Positions 38,380 to 47,193 of a DNA stretch of 64,000 bases are shown here, piece by piece. The number at the start of each line of letters is the position of its first letter. The stretch's first letter is position 1. Source of the DNA: Parcubacteria group bacterium Gr01-1014_38 (GTDB lineage: Bacteria > Patescibacteriota > Andersenbacteria > UBA10190 > CAIZMI01); the NCBI GenBank assembly GCA_007376145.1, contig VMFP01000001.1, forward strand, positions 14,639 through 78,638. Reading direction: 5' to 3'. Both the position numbers and the translations under genes were made by a program. The notes under the pieces were generated by a model. It had not been told where the DNA came from. It did not search any database and saw only the letters and a list, made by a program, of their open reading frames with translations.

Positions 38380-39965
38380 GGTGCGAGGACAAGCATCGTT
38401 GTCTCCCCGAACCGATTGGTCCGTTCGTCAATGACCCGGATGCGTGGGAAGACCCGTCGGTACCGCTGCGCGTCGAACAGCGTCGATTGTACGAAGAGTA
38501 TCTGCTCGCCCCGCTTCAGCCGGGTCTTCGCACTTGTTTTCGGATCGAGGAGGCGGTACCGGCGGCCTGTCGGTGTGGTGAGAAAATGGACCGTCTGTTC
38601 CGAAAACCGGTCGAGGACGAGATACGGCACCGGCGCCTCCGAGTTCCCCCGCGCTGCCGCGTTCAGGAAGATACTGACCTCCGTGAGGTCCGCGCGGTAC
38701 TCATAGTGCGCAAGCGGCGAGTTCCGCGCGACGCTAAAGTACCAGCCGAGGTTGGAGAGCGCCGTGAAGATCAGGGCGAGCGCGGCGATCACCGGCGTAG
38801 CAAGCCGTACGCTTCCCCAGGGGAGCCGTCGGACGCGCGTCCAGAGCCACTGTCCGCCGAGGCCCGCAAGGAAGACGTGGGCGGGAATGGCGCCGACCGT
38901 CCGCAGTCCGTGGGGAATTCCCTCCGCCGTCGTGACCGCAGGGAGAAGCATGGTGAGGAAGAGAAGGATGAGCCATGGCGCGCGCCGGAGCGCGACGAGA
39001 ACGCCGACCAGGCCGAGGAGCGCCGGCACGAAGGAGAGAAACGGCGTTCCCCCGCCGTGGTAGTGGTGGATGCCGCCCGGCGTGTAGGGAATCCTGGGAC
39101 GGGGGACGTTGTGCCGCGGGTTGCCGTCCCCGTCCCACACGAAGGCGCGGAGCGTGCGCCCGGTCATGCGGAGCAGCGTGGCCTTGGGATCGCCGTTGTT
39201 GAGATCGGGATTGAAAATCGAGACATGCTGCGCGCGAACGAACGAAAAACCCGGATGCGCGGCGAAGAACCAGAGAAGGGGGAGCGCGACGGCGAACGCC
39301 GTCACCCCAGCGATCGCCAGAGGGAGCAGAGCAGGCTGCGCCCGATCACGGACGCTCTGCTGGAGGAAGAGACGGACGATGACAATCGCTCCCGCGAGCA
39401 TCAGAAAGACCAGAAACGCCCGGTACGCGGTGTACGTGTAGAAGCCGAGGCCGGCGGCAAGACCCGCGAGGATGGCGCTCGTCCAGCGCGCCCGGGGCGT
39501 GGCGGCTTGGAAGACCCGCGCGAGGCCCCAGAGGGTGAGCGCGATGAAGAGGGGAACGGTGATGGCCCGAAACCCGGTCCGCGAGAGGGTGACGTGCCAG
39601 GGGTTGGTGGCCAGGAAGAGCGCCGCGAGCATCGCTGCCGCTTTCCCGAAGAGTCGAACGCCCGCCGCGTACGTCGCGGCAACCGTCGCGATCCCACACA
39701 GGGCAGAGGCGAGAAAGAGCGGCCAGGTTCCGACGCCGAAGATCCCCACCGTGAGCGCAACCACGTAAAAGAAGAGACTTTCCCGTCCGTTGTTTCGGAG
39801 AGAGAATACCTGGAGGTTTCCCGACAGAATGTCCAGTGCATCTTCGCCATTCGCCGCCTGATCGGGGTACAGCCCGGGTGGGTACTCGGTGAGCGCCCAG
39901 AGTCGCGCTCCTGCCGCCAGGAGGAGAATGCCCCCGATTGCCAGTCCCCGTCTCCAGACTATCAC
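38376..39965 (-). CDS. GT39/PMT_2 family glycosyltransferase paralog
   Basis: Polytopic, with YPDQAANGEDALD in the first periplasmic loop; 529 aa; its 3' end overlaps the downstream GT39 gene by 4 nt. Confidence 0.6.
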   Translation of the reverse strand: MIVWRRGLAIGGILLLAAGARLWALTEYPPGLYPDQAANGEDALDILSGNLQVFSLRNNGRESLFFYVVALTVGIFGVGTWPLFLASALCGIATVAATYAAGVRLFGKAAAMLAALFLATNPWHVTLSRTGFRAITVPLFIALTLWGLARVFQAATPRARWTSAILAGLAAGLGFYTYTAYRAFLVFLMLAGAIVIVRLFLQQSVRDRAQPALLPLAIAGVTAFAVALPLLWFFAAHPGFSFVRAQHVSIFNPDLNNGDPKATLLRMTGRTLRAFVWDGDGNPRHNVPRPRIPYTPGGIHHYHGGGTPFLSFVPALLGLVGVLVALRRAPWLILLFLTMLLPAVTTAEGIPHGLRTVGAIPAHVFLAGLGGQWLWTRVRRLPWGSVRLATPVIAALALIFTALSNLGWYFSVARNSPLAHYEYRADLTEVSIFLNAAARGNSEAPVPYLVLDRFSEQTVHFLTTPTGRRYRLLDPKTSAKTRLKRGEQILFVQSTLFDAQRYRRVFPRIRVIDERTNRFGETTMLVLAP

Positions 39966-40096
39966 CCGGTACAGTGTACTCGGAAACGCCGCGACGGGCC
40001 TTTAAGAAGACCGCAGCGGGCTGGACGACGCGAGCAACCGGTGGTATGCTCCCTTCCGAGCCGTCCCAAAGACGCGAACAAACCCCAGGAAACAGC

Positions 40097-40699
40097 ATGA
40101 ACCCACTGAGCCCAGAACTCCTTGCGCTCATCAAGCGCCGGATCGAGGAAATTGAGCGGAACGTCCAGATCGTCAAGCAGCTCTTGAGCGGCGAAGAGCC
40201 CGCGGCGAAGCCGCGGAGTGCCTCCGCGATCAAACCGGAAATCCCGCAGGGAGCCGAGGGCGGCCCCCGCATGATCTACGGACGATTCGACGGCGAGCAC
40301 ATGGAGGGAGAAGACGGGCAGCTCTACCCCGTCCCCGCCAACTACGCGAGCAAGAGCAAACTGGTGGAAGGCGATAAACTCAAGCTCACCATCGAACCAG
40401 ATGGGAGTTTCGTCTACAAGCAGATCAGCCCCGCGGACCGCCGCCGGGTCCTCGGCACGTTCAAGCTCGATGAGGCGGGGAACTACGTCGTCGAGGCCGA
40501 GGGGAAGCCGTACCGGGTCCTCCTTGCTTCCGTGACGTTCTACCACCTCGAGTCGGGAGATCAGGTGACCATTCTCCTTCCCGCAGAGGGAGAGGCGCAC
40601 TGGGGGGCCGTCGAAAACGTCATGAAGCCAGTCGGCCAGATACCATCCCCGGCCGCACGCACATCACCCACCGAGACAGATCTTGCCTCGTCAGGCTAA
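40097..40699 (+). CDS. hypothetical protein
   Basis: An aggaaacagc SD precedes ATG 40097; the product is a 200-aa soluble protein with N-terminal helices and a beta-rich C-terminal half (MIYGRFDGEHMEGEDGQLYPVP...). Confidence 0.5.
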   Translation: MNPLSPELLALIKRRIEEIERNVQIVKQLLSGEEPAAKPRSASAIKPEIPQGAEGGPRMIYGRFDGEHMEGEDGQLYPVPANYASKSKLVEGDKLKLTIEPDGSFVYKQISPADRRRVLGTFKLDEAGNYVVEAEGKPYRVLLASVTFYHLESGDQVTILLPAEGEAHWGAVENVMKPVGQIPSPAARTSPTETDLASSG

Positions 40700-40709
40700 A
40701 CTCTCTTGT

Positions 40710-41279
40710 ATGCTTCTCCGTGCGCTCGGCGCGCTTCATGACGCGGCGCATCGGCGTCTTCCGCCGAGCCTCCGCCAGTTCGTGAAGTTCGGCATTACGG
40801 GCTCCATCGCCTTTGTGGTGGACTTCGGCGTGTACCTTGGACTCACGCGGCTTGTCCGGTGGGTTACTGTCCTCTGCGTGGGACCTTCGGGAATTCAGGA
40901 AACATCCACGCTCACCGATCTCCCCACCGGATGCGGAGGAGCGTATCCGGTCATCCCCGCCAACCTCGTGAGCGTGCTCATCGCAATGATGGTCGTATTC
41001 TTCTTGAACAAATTCTGGACGTTCCGCGATCCCCGCGCGGCCGTGCTCGCAAGCCAAGGTGCCAGGTTTTTTATCTTCTACACCACCACCTACCTCTTGA
41101 ACCAGGCCGTCACGTCGTTCTTGACGGGACGAGTTCTCGTTCTCCACGCGGTGTTCGGCCCAAATACCGACGTCGCAGCCAAAATTCTCGCTGTGGCGAT
41201 TGTGACGCTGGTGAACTTCGGCGGGAACAAATTCCTGATCTTCCGCGGGGCGACGCCAACTCTGGAGCACACGCACTGA
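40710..41279 (+). CDS. GtrA family membrane protein (polysaccharide synthesis/translocation accessory)
   Basis: FVKFGITGSIAFVVDFGVY...NKFWTF, four TM helices, ATG at 40710. Confidence 0.7.
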   Translation: MLLRALGALHDAAHRRLPPSLRQFVKFGITGSIAFVVDFGVYLGLTRLVRWVTVLCVGPSGIQETSTLTDLPTGCGGAYPVIPANLVSVLIAMMVVFFLNKFWTFRDPRAAVLASQGARFFIFYTTTYLLNQAVTSFLTGRVLVLHAVFGPNTDVAAKILAVAIVTLVNFGGNKFLIFRGATPTLEHTH

Positions 41280-41283
41280 TCCC

Positions 41284-42921
41284 ATGGCGACCGTGCCCCA
41301 GAGTGTCGAGCCGACGCTCTATCGGAAGTACCGACCCCAGACCTTCGCAGAGGTCCAAGGCCAGGAACACGTCATCCGCGTGCTCTCCCGCGCGCTAGAA
41401 CAGAAGAAACTCGCCCACGCGTACCTCTTCGCCGGCCCTCGGGGCACGGGAAAAACGACGGTTGCGCGGTTGTTCGCCAAGCGCTTGAACTGCGAGCATC
41501 CGAAGGGAGTGGAGCCATGCGGGACCTGCGGATCCTGCCGGGCAGTTGCCCAAGGGACGCATCTCGACCTCATCGAAATTGACGCGGCGAGCAATCGCGG
41601 CATTGACGACATCCGGCTTCTCAAAGAGCGCATCAGCCTCGCGCCGGCGCACGGGCACTGGAAAGTCTACATTGTGGACGAGGTGCATATGCTCTCGAAA
41701 GATGCCTTTAACGCGCTCCTGAAAACGCTCGAGGAACCCCCGCTGCATGCGATCTTCATCCTCGCCACAACGGAGTTGGAGAAAGTGCCCGAGACGGTCC
41801 GTTCGCGGTGCCAGACATTCGTCTTCCGCCGTGCGGCCACCCCTGTCCTCGTGGAACGCCTCGGGACCATCGCACGCGCCGAACATTTCAAGATGTCTCC
41901 GGACGCCCTGCGCATTGTCGCGAACCTCTCCGGTGGCTGTTTCCGCGACGCCGAAAGCTTCCTCGCCATGCTCGTCGGCATCGGCGAACAGGGAATGACG
42001 GCGGAGGATGTGAACCGGATTCTCGGCCTCGCGCCAATCTCCGCGATCCAGAATTTCGTGGACGCGCTCTTTACGCGAAACGCCGAACGGGCGCTCGCCA
42101 TCATTCGGCAGGTGAGCGAGAGCGGGAATTCGCTCTCGGAGTTCACCGTCAGTCTCGCCCGCTACCTCCGCGCGCTCACCACCTGGGCGGTCGCGAGCGT
42201 CCACGCCGAATCCTTCTCTCCCGAAGAGGAAGAACGGCTCCAGGCCCAGGCGCAGCGGCAACCGCTCCAAGGACTCGTGGCGCTCGTACGTGCCGCCCTC
42301 CGCGCGAAATACGAACTCCGGGACGCACTGTACGAAGAACTCCCCGTTGAACTCCTTGCGCTCGAATGGTGTGGAGCGTCCAAGACCGCGGTGGCGGCAT
42401 CTCCGGGTGAACCCCCGTCCGCACGCGCAGAAACACCACGGACGAAAGGCCAACAGCAGGAAGAACCGGAACGCGTACCGACCCCCGCTCCTCAAGAACG
42501 TGCCGTCGCAGAGATTTCCTCGGAATCGCTCCTCGAACGCTGGCCCGAATTTCTCCGGAGAGCATCCTTTCTCCACCCACTCCTCCGCCCGATGCTCGGG
42601 AGCGCGCTTCCCCTCACGGTTCGCGATGGCGCCTTGTTCCTCTGGAGCGACCACGCGCTCCTCCACGAGCGGTGCAAAGATTCTGCGTTCCGCCAGCAGG
42701 TGGAGGGATGCCTCGACCAATCCTTCGGGACGAAACTGCGGCTTCGCCTCGTGCGCGACCGCGATCTCGCCAGTCTCGATCTCCACATGCTGCCGTCAGA
42801 AACCCGCGCCCAGTTCGCCGCCGCTTCCGCCCAGGTTGCGCCAGCCGCGGAACCGGTCCTCGCAGAAACTCTCGACATCCTCGGCGGGGAGGTCGTGGAC
42901 AGCAGCCCTGCGACGCCGTAG
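41284..42921 (+). CDS. dnaX: DNA polymerase III subunit gamma/tau
   Basis: GPRGTGKTT P-loop, the zinc module CEHPKGVEPCGTCGSC, DEVHML and SRC motifs; 545 aa. Confidence 0.92.
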   Translation: MATVPQSVEPTLYRKYRPQTFAEVQGQEHVIRVLSRALEQKKLAHAYLFAGPRGTGKTTVARLFAKRLNCEHPKGVEPCGTCGSCRAVAQGTHLDLIEIDAASNRGIDDIRLLKERISLAPAHGHWKVYIVDEVHMLSKDAFNALLKTLEEPPLHAIFILATTELEKVPETVRSRCQTFVFRRAATPVLVERLGTIARAEHFKMSPDALRIVANLSGGCFRDAESFLAMLVGIGEQGMTAEDVNRILGLAPISAIQNFVDALFTRNAERALAIIRQVSESGNSLSEFTVSLARYLRALTTWAVASVHAESFSPEEEERLQAQAQRQPLQGLVALVRAALRAKYELRDALYEELPVELLALEWCGASKTAVAASPGEPPSARAETPRTKGQQQEEPERVPTPAPQERAVAEISSESLLERWPEFLRRASFLHPLLRPMLGSALPLTVRDGALFLWSDHALLHERCKDSAFRQQVEGCLDQSFGTKLRLRLVRDRDLASLDLHMLPSETRAQFAAASAQVAPAAEPVLAETLDILGGEVVDSSPATP

Positions 42922-42935
42922 ACTGTCTCTGATTT

Positions 42936-43009
42936 TCCGGGGTCGTCTAACGGCAGGACAGCAGCCTTTGGAGCTGCGTATGGGGGTTCGAATCCCTCCC
43001 CCGGAACCA
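42936..43009 (+). tRNA. tRNA-Gln (anticodon TTG)
   Basis: Manual fold: acceptor stem tccgggg/ccccgga, anticodon stem gcagc/gctgc with loop cTTTGga, T arm ggggg-TTCGAAT-ccctc, and an encoded CCA; 74 nt. Confidence 0.75.
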
Positions 43010-43108
43010 ACAGCGAGGGACCGGTCGGCGGGTCGCAATCTCTAGGACTATGGAGGTTTAACCTCTATAGAAGACCAGAACGGAGCGAAACCAAAAACAA
43101 GAGGTTCG

Positions 43109-43681
43109 TTAGAAGAGTACTGCAGCAAGAAGGACTCCGATACCAAGCGCGAAGAGCGCGAAGATTTGTCTTGCGGTCGGGTCAGGAACCAATCTCCCGC
43201 CTGTCATTTCCTTCTTGTTCTCCACCAGTTCCTCCTCTGTTGCTCTAGAGACTTGCTGAAAATCCTCCTGACTTGGGTTCGGGTTCAACAGATACTTTTC
43301 GTGCTCCCGTACGAGCTGCTCTATCCGACTGCGAATCCTCAAATATTGTTGTTCCTGGATTATCGCGCTCCGCTCTGTAGAGTGAAGCACGTGGAAAAGT
43401 CCCCAAACAACGCTACAGGATAGAAGAAACAGGGCGATTCTAGCCAGCGAATCGCTAGCAAGAAGATTTTGTCCCAGCGCCGCTGTGGCACCGATAGTTA
43501 CGGCACCGAAACTGGATATCTGGAGTATGTGTCCCCTAAACTCGTGGCTGAGGGCACGAGACTGCTTTTGGTAATCCTTGTCGAGAAAATCAACGAGTTC
43601 TTTCAGGTTTCGATACATTGCGAACACCACCTGATGCTGCGGACTTTCCTTTTCAAGTAGGGCCTCAGGAAAGTGTTTCAT
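43109..43681 (-). CDS. hypothetical small membrane protein (2-3 TM helices flanked by helical segments)
   Basis: 190 aa with central hydrophobic helices (ISSFGAVTIGATAALG..., ARIALFLLSCSVVWGLF) and a C-terminal TM; low GC; located directly downstream of the tRNA. Confidence 0.45.
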   Translation of the reverse strand: MKHFPEALLEKESPQHQVVFAMYRNLKELVDFLDKDYQKQSRALSHEFRGHILQISSFGAVTIGATAALGQNLLASDSLARIALFLLSCSVVWGLFHVLHSTERSAIIQEQQYLRIRSRIEQLVREHEKYLLNPNPSQEDFQQVSRATEEELVENKKEMTGGRLVPDPTARQIFALFALGIGVLLAAVLF

Positions 43682-43837
43682 ATGGGCACATAATCAAGCA
43701 CTGTCTATCACCATCTGCGTTCGAAGGAAAGGGCTTGGAGTTGTGCTTGGCACTATCCCCGGAGCGAGACTTGGTGGGACTCAAAGTTCTCGCAAATCCT
43801 CTCACATATTCGGTAGCGTCCTGCCCGGCCTGCCTTC

Positions 43838-43919
43838 ATGTGAGTAGCTCGTGCATCTGTCGGAGAGTGACGACCGGCTGTGGGTAGATAACCTCCCACC
43901 GCAGCGTTCGAAAATCGTC
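43838..43919 (+). repeat. direct repeat copy A (~80 bp; perfectly conserved core gggtagataacctcccacc plus a cgttcgaaa[a/g]tcgtc box)
   Basis: Aligns with 44771..44851: the 38-bp core is 35/38 identical, and weaker similarity extends about 45 bp upstream. Confidence 0.6.
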
Positions 43920-43945
43920 TACAATAGGGCAGTCAGCCCAGAAGA

Positions 43946-44332
43946 ATGAAAGCGAAACCATTGGCACGAGAACAATACCAAGCGAACATGCAGCCGGAGG
44001 AAAGGTTGGTATTTGGAATGGAATCGCCGTTCCCGTCAATATCTCTTCCCAAAAGTGCCGTTTTCGCTGCGTGGCACGGAAGCCTGCTCCCGCCTCTGGC
44101 GGTTGGTGATGCGCGCGGCACTCTTTACGTTTGCAGATCTGACAATGACCCCGTGCTCTGGAATTTTGATGTCTACGCCATCGGAGGCAGTGAGAGCCTC
44201 GAGATTCAAGGGCCAATTCATACGGAATATCACTGGACCGACCACATCCCGTCGTATCTGTGGGACCAAGCGCCAGAGTGGGTTAGAGATAAGGTTACGA
44301 AGCTGTCGGGTAATCGTTCAGTAACGCCGTAG
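43946..44332 (+). CDS. hypothetical protein
   Basis: 128 aa, with no recognisable domain; it is the first gene of a tightly packed three-ORF set between the direct repeats. Confidence 0.4.
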   Translation: MKAKPLAREQYQANMQPEERLVFGMESPFPSISLPKSAVFAAWHGSLLPPLAVGDARGTLYVCRSDNDPVLWNFDVYAIGGSESLEIQGPIHTEYHWTDHIPSYLWDQAPEWVRDKVTKLSGNRSVTP

Positions 44333-44336
44333 GCAC

Positions 44337-44552
44337 ATGGGGATGTTTTCTTCGAGGAAAAAGATTGTCTGCCCGCTCTGCAAGAAGGAGTTGGACGTGA
44401 AAAAAGCAAAAGAGGGGAGAGAGCTGGAAATTCGGGGCAAAGACGAGAGAGGGAATATCCACATGAAGCATGTGGGTTTCTGTGGAGCAGATATCGTTTG
44501 GGATACGCTGTGGAATAAGACCTACGAGAGAGATTTGGGTAATATTCCGTAA
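44337..44552 (+). CDS. hypothetical small zinc-ribbon-like protein
   Basis: 71 aa with CPLC...HVGFCG; it starts 5 nt after the previous stop. Confidence 0.4.
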   Translation: MGMFSSRKKIVCPLCKKELDVKKAKEGRELEIRGKDERGNIHMKHVGFCGADIVWDTLWNKTYERDLGNIP

Positions 44553-44752
44553 TGAACGAGTGGGCCAAGAAAGGGGATGAAGAGCTTTTAGAAACCGCTG
44601 ACATTGGTCTTCGTGGCCAGGGCGCGCTGGTCGAGATGCTACGTCGCCTGAAAAACTCAACAGCGCGTCTGTCCGTGGTGAACGCTATCTTGAGTGTGGT
44701 GATGTTCTTAGCAGCACTCGTGCAGATTTACCTCACTTGGAAGTCACGATAA
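44552..44752 (+). CDS. hypothetical small protein with a C-terminal TM helix
   Basis: 66 aa; its ATG overlaps the upstream stop (ATGA). Confidence 0.4.
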   Translation: MNEWAKKGDEELLETADIGLRGQGALVEMLRRLKNSTARLSVVNAILSVVMFLAALVQIYLTWKSR

Positions 44753-44770
44753 GCACTCACTCTACGCGGG

Positions 44771-44851
44771 GTAGAGTAGTGCGCGCATTTGCCGCAGCGC
44801 TACGAGGGGTTGCGGGTAGATAACCTCCCACCTCACCGTTCGAAAGTCGTC
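44771..44851 (+). repeat. direct repeat copy B
   Basis: See copy A. It is followed at 44875..44886 by the perfect palindrome ccgttcgaacgg, which shares the CGTTCGAA box. Confidence 0.6.
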
Positions 44852-44951
44852 CCGGATGGGGAGCCAATTTGGTTCCGTTCGAACGGCCGAGTGTTCGTTC
44901 GGCTCCATGTCCTAACGCTGGTAGCTGTACGTTCCTGCTACACTGAAGGAC

Positions 44952-46718
44952 ATGCGGATACCAACCCCGAACAGGGATCTCGGTTCGGGGGCACGGAGCA
45001 GGGAACAACAGGAACTGCAGACTCGGCTGCAGCCACGCTACGCGTGGCGTCTGCGCAGTGCACAGCCCCCGCAGAGCATCTCTGCGCTTCTCTCTGCACT
45101 TCTCCAGTTTCGTGGGGTAGGGGAGAGCGCCGCCGCGGCGTTTCTGAATCCGTCGTACGAGGCTACGCTTCAGCAGTCGGCAGTGCTTCCGCAGTGCGGC
45201 CCAGCCGTCGCGCGCATTCAGCGGGCGCTGAAGATCTCTGAACCGATCGCGATCTTCGGGGACTATGACGTGGACGGCGTGACGGGGGCTGCGCTCCTCG
45301 CCGAGGCGCTCACCGGCCTCGGCGGTGTGGTGCGCGTGGAGCTTCCGCACCGGGAGGATGGCTATGGGCTGTCGGTTTCTGCGGTTCGACGGCTCGTTCC
45401 TCCAGCAACACTCCTCATCACCGTGGATAATGGGACCAGTGCGTCCGCAGCGGTGGCCGACGCACTCTCCCGCGGTGCGGACGTGATCATTCTTGACCAC
45501 CATGCCGTGACGGGAAGTCTTCCGCCCGGCGCTCTCGTCGTGAATCCTGCCTTGCCGTCTGCGCAGTACCCGGAGCCGTTCCCCGCTGCGGTCGGCGTCG
45601 CCTGGAAGCTCGCGGCCGCGCTGTTCGCCGCCGAGGGTCGCGCAGGGGACGAACGGTTCTTGCTTGACTTGGTCGCTCTTGGCACGTTGGCGGACAGCGT
45701 CAAGCTTCTCGGCGAGAATCGGGTTCTCGTCCGTTGGGGGCTGGAAGTCTTACGCAGGAGCCGACGACCAGGACTCCACGCATTGGCCGAGCGCGCCGGC
45801 GCCGCGCTCCGCGATGTCACGGCCGATACGGTCACTTTCCGGCTGGTTCCACGCTTGAACGCTGCGGGGAGGCTTCGCCATGCCAACCTCGCGCTCGAGT
45901 TGCTTCGCACCACCCATGAAGGGACAGCCCAGCGCCTGGCGTCCGAGCTCGACGCGGTGAACGAAGAACGACGGCTGCTGACAGAGGAAATCATGGCCGA
46001 AGTGCGGCGATCGCTTGGGGAGCCTTTTCCGCCGGTGGTCGTTGCGTCAGGGCCCTGGCCGCTTGGGCTGCTCGGTGTGCTGGCGGGGCGGCTTGCCGAG
46101 GAGTACCAGCGTCCCGCTGTTGCCGTCGCCGTACGCGACGACGAGTGTGTCGCATCCATTCGCGGTCCCAAGCAAGGACCGGAGAGGGATGCCGGCACGA
46201 ACATGGTGGAGCTTGTTGGTGAGATGAAAGGACTGCTTACCAAATACGGCGGCCATGCCGGCGCGGCTGGGTTTTCGTTCCCGCGGTCGGCGCTTGGAGC
46301 CGTCGAGGACTTTTTCCGCGCCCATGCGCCGGTGACGCCGAACGGAGCCCAGCCCGAGCTCATGCTCGATTGCCCGCTTCTTCTGGCGCTGGTGACGCCT
46401 GACCTCACGCGCGCGCTCAATGCACTCGAACCGTTCGGTAACGGGAATGAGCGCCCCGTGTTTCTCTTCCACGGCTTGTCAGTGGCGGAGAGTCGTTCGA
46501 TCGGAACGAATGGCGATCACCTCCGCATGGTGCTACGGCATCCCGAGCACGCAATGCCGGGATCGGCCGTGGCCTTCCGGTGGGGAAATCGTCCGCGGCC
46601 GCCGCTCGGGTCCAGAGTGGACGTGGCGGCGGAGATTCGTCAGGACCGCTTCCGAGGAATGCTCCGGGTGGATCTGCACGTCCAGGATCTTCGCGGCGCC
46701 GTCGCGCCCGCCCCATGA
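44952..46718 (+). CDS. recJ: single-stranded-DNA-specific exonuclease RecJ
   Basis: DHH motifs (IFGDYDVDGVTG, LLITVDNG, IILDHH), a DHHA1 domain and a C-terminal OB-like domain; 588 aa, though the exact start is uncertain. Confidence 0.85.
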   Translation: MRIPTPNRDLGSGARSREQQELQTRLQPRYAWRLRSAQPPQSISALLSALLQFRGVGESAAAAFLNPSYEATLQQSAVLPQCGPAVARIQRALKISEPIAIFGDYDVDGVTGAALLAEALTGLGGVVRVELPHREDGYGLSVSAVRRLVPPATLLITVDNGTSASAAVADALSRGADVIILDHHAVTGSLPPGALVVNPALPSAQYPEPFPAAVGVAWKLAAALFAAEGRAGDERFLLDLVALGTLADSVKLLGENRVLVRWGLEVLRRSRRPGLHALAERAGAALRDVTADTVTFRLVPRLNAAGRLRHANLALELLRTTHEGTAQRLASELDAVNEERRLLTEEIMAEVRRSLGEPFPPVVVASGPWPLGLLGVLAGRLAEEYQRPAVAVAVRDDECVASIRGPKQGPERDAGTNMVELVGEMKGLLTKYGGHAGAAGFSFPRSALGAVEDFFRAHAPVTPNGAQPELMLDCPLLLALVTPDLTRALNALEPFGNGNERPVFLFHGLSVAESRSIGTNGDHLRMVLRHPEHAMPGSAVAFRWGNRPRPPLGSRVDVAAEIRQDRFRGMLRVDLHVQDLRGAVAPAP

Positions 46719-47155
46719 AGGCGGTTGTCTACACGGATGGAGGCGCGCGGGGGAACCCCGGCCCGGCCGCCATCGGCGTGGTCATTCAGATCGAGGGAAA
46801 GAAACCGATGCGGATGAGCGAGGCGATTGGAACCACGACGAACAACGTGGCGGAGTACCGCGCACTCCTCCGCGCGCTTCACGAAGCGAAGAATCTTGGA
46901 GTGACGGAGCTCGAGTGTCGACTGGATAGCGAGCTCGTCGTGAAGCAGTTGAACCGCGAGTACAAGGTGCGGAATCTCGATCTTGCCCCACTGTTTATCC
47001 GCGTCTGGAATCTGGCTCAAGGGTTTCGCACGATCCGGTTTGTCGCGGTCCCGCGATCAGAAAACCGAGAGGCTGACCGCTTGGTAAACACCGCTCTGTC
47101 GAAGGCTGGACATCCGAAAAAGCCTGCACCGTACAGAGCGCGTGCTTCCGCATAG
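46715..47155 (+). CDS. rnhA: ribonuclease HI
   Basis: VYTDGGARGNPGPAAIGVV, E...D...D catalytic residues and an NNVAEYRAL motif; the ATG overlaps the recJ stop. Confidence 0.8.
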   Translation: MKAVVYTDGGARGNPGPAAIGVVIQIEGKKPMRMSEAIGTTTNNVAEYRALLRALHEAKNLGVTELECRLDSELVVKQLNREYKVRNLDLAPLFIRVWNLAQGFRTIRFVAVPRSENREADRLVNTALSKAGHPKKPAPYRARASA

Positions 47156-47157
47156 TC

Positions 47158-47186
47158 TTGACAGGTGACGGGGGATACGGTAGAGT
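47158..47186 (+). promoter_or_regulatory. sigma70-type promoter TTGACA-17-TAGAGT driving rnpB
   Basis: The spacer is exactly 17 nt, and the predicted TSS coincides with the start of the RNase P RNA P1 helix. Confidence 0.6.
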
Positions 47187-47193
47187 CTTTGGC

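Noticed and set aside
43880-43920. The direct-repeat core as a decayed tRNA 3' half (att site) or as an SD on the minus strand (GGGAGGT)
   Set aside because: It does not match the tRNA-Gln 3' end, no T-arm pairing can be drawn, and no start codon follows the GGAGGT on the minus strand. It is kept as an unexplained repeat rather than a specific att or RBS call.
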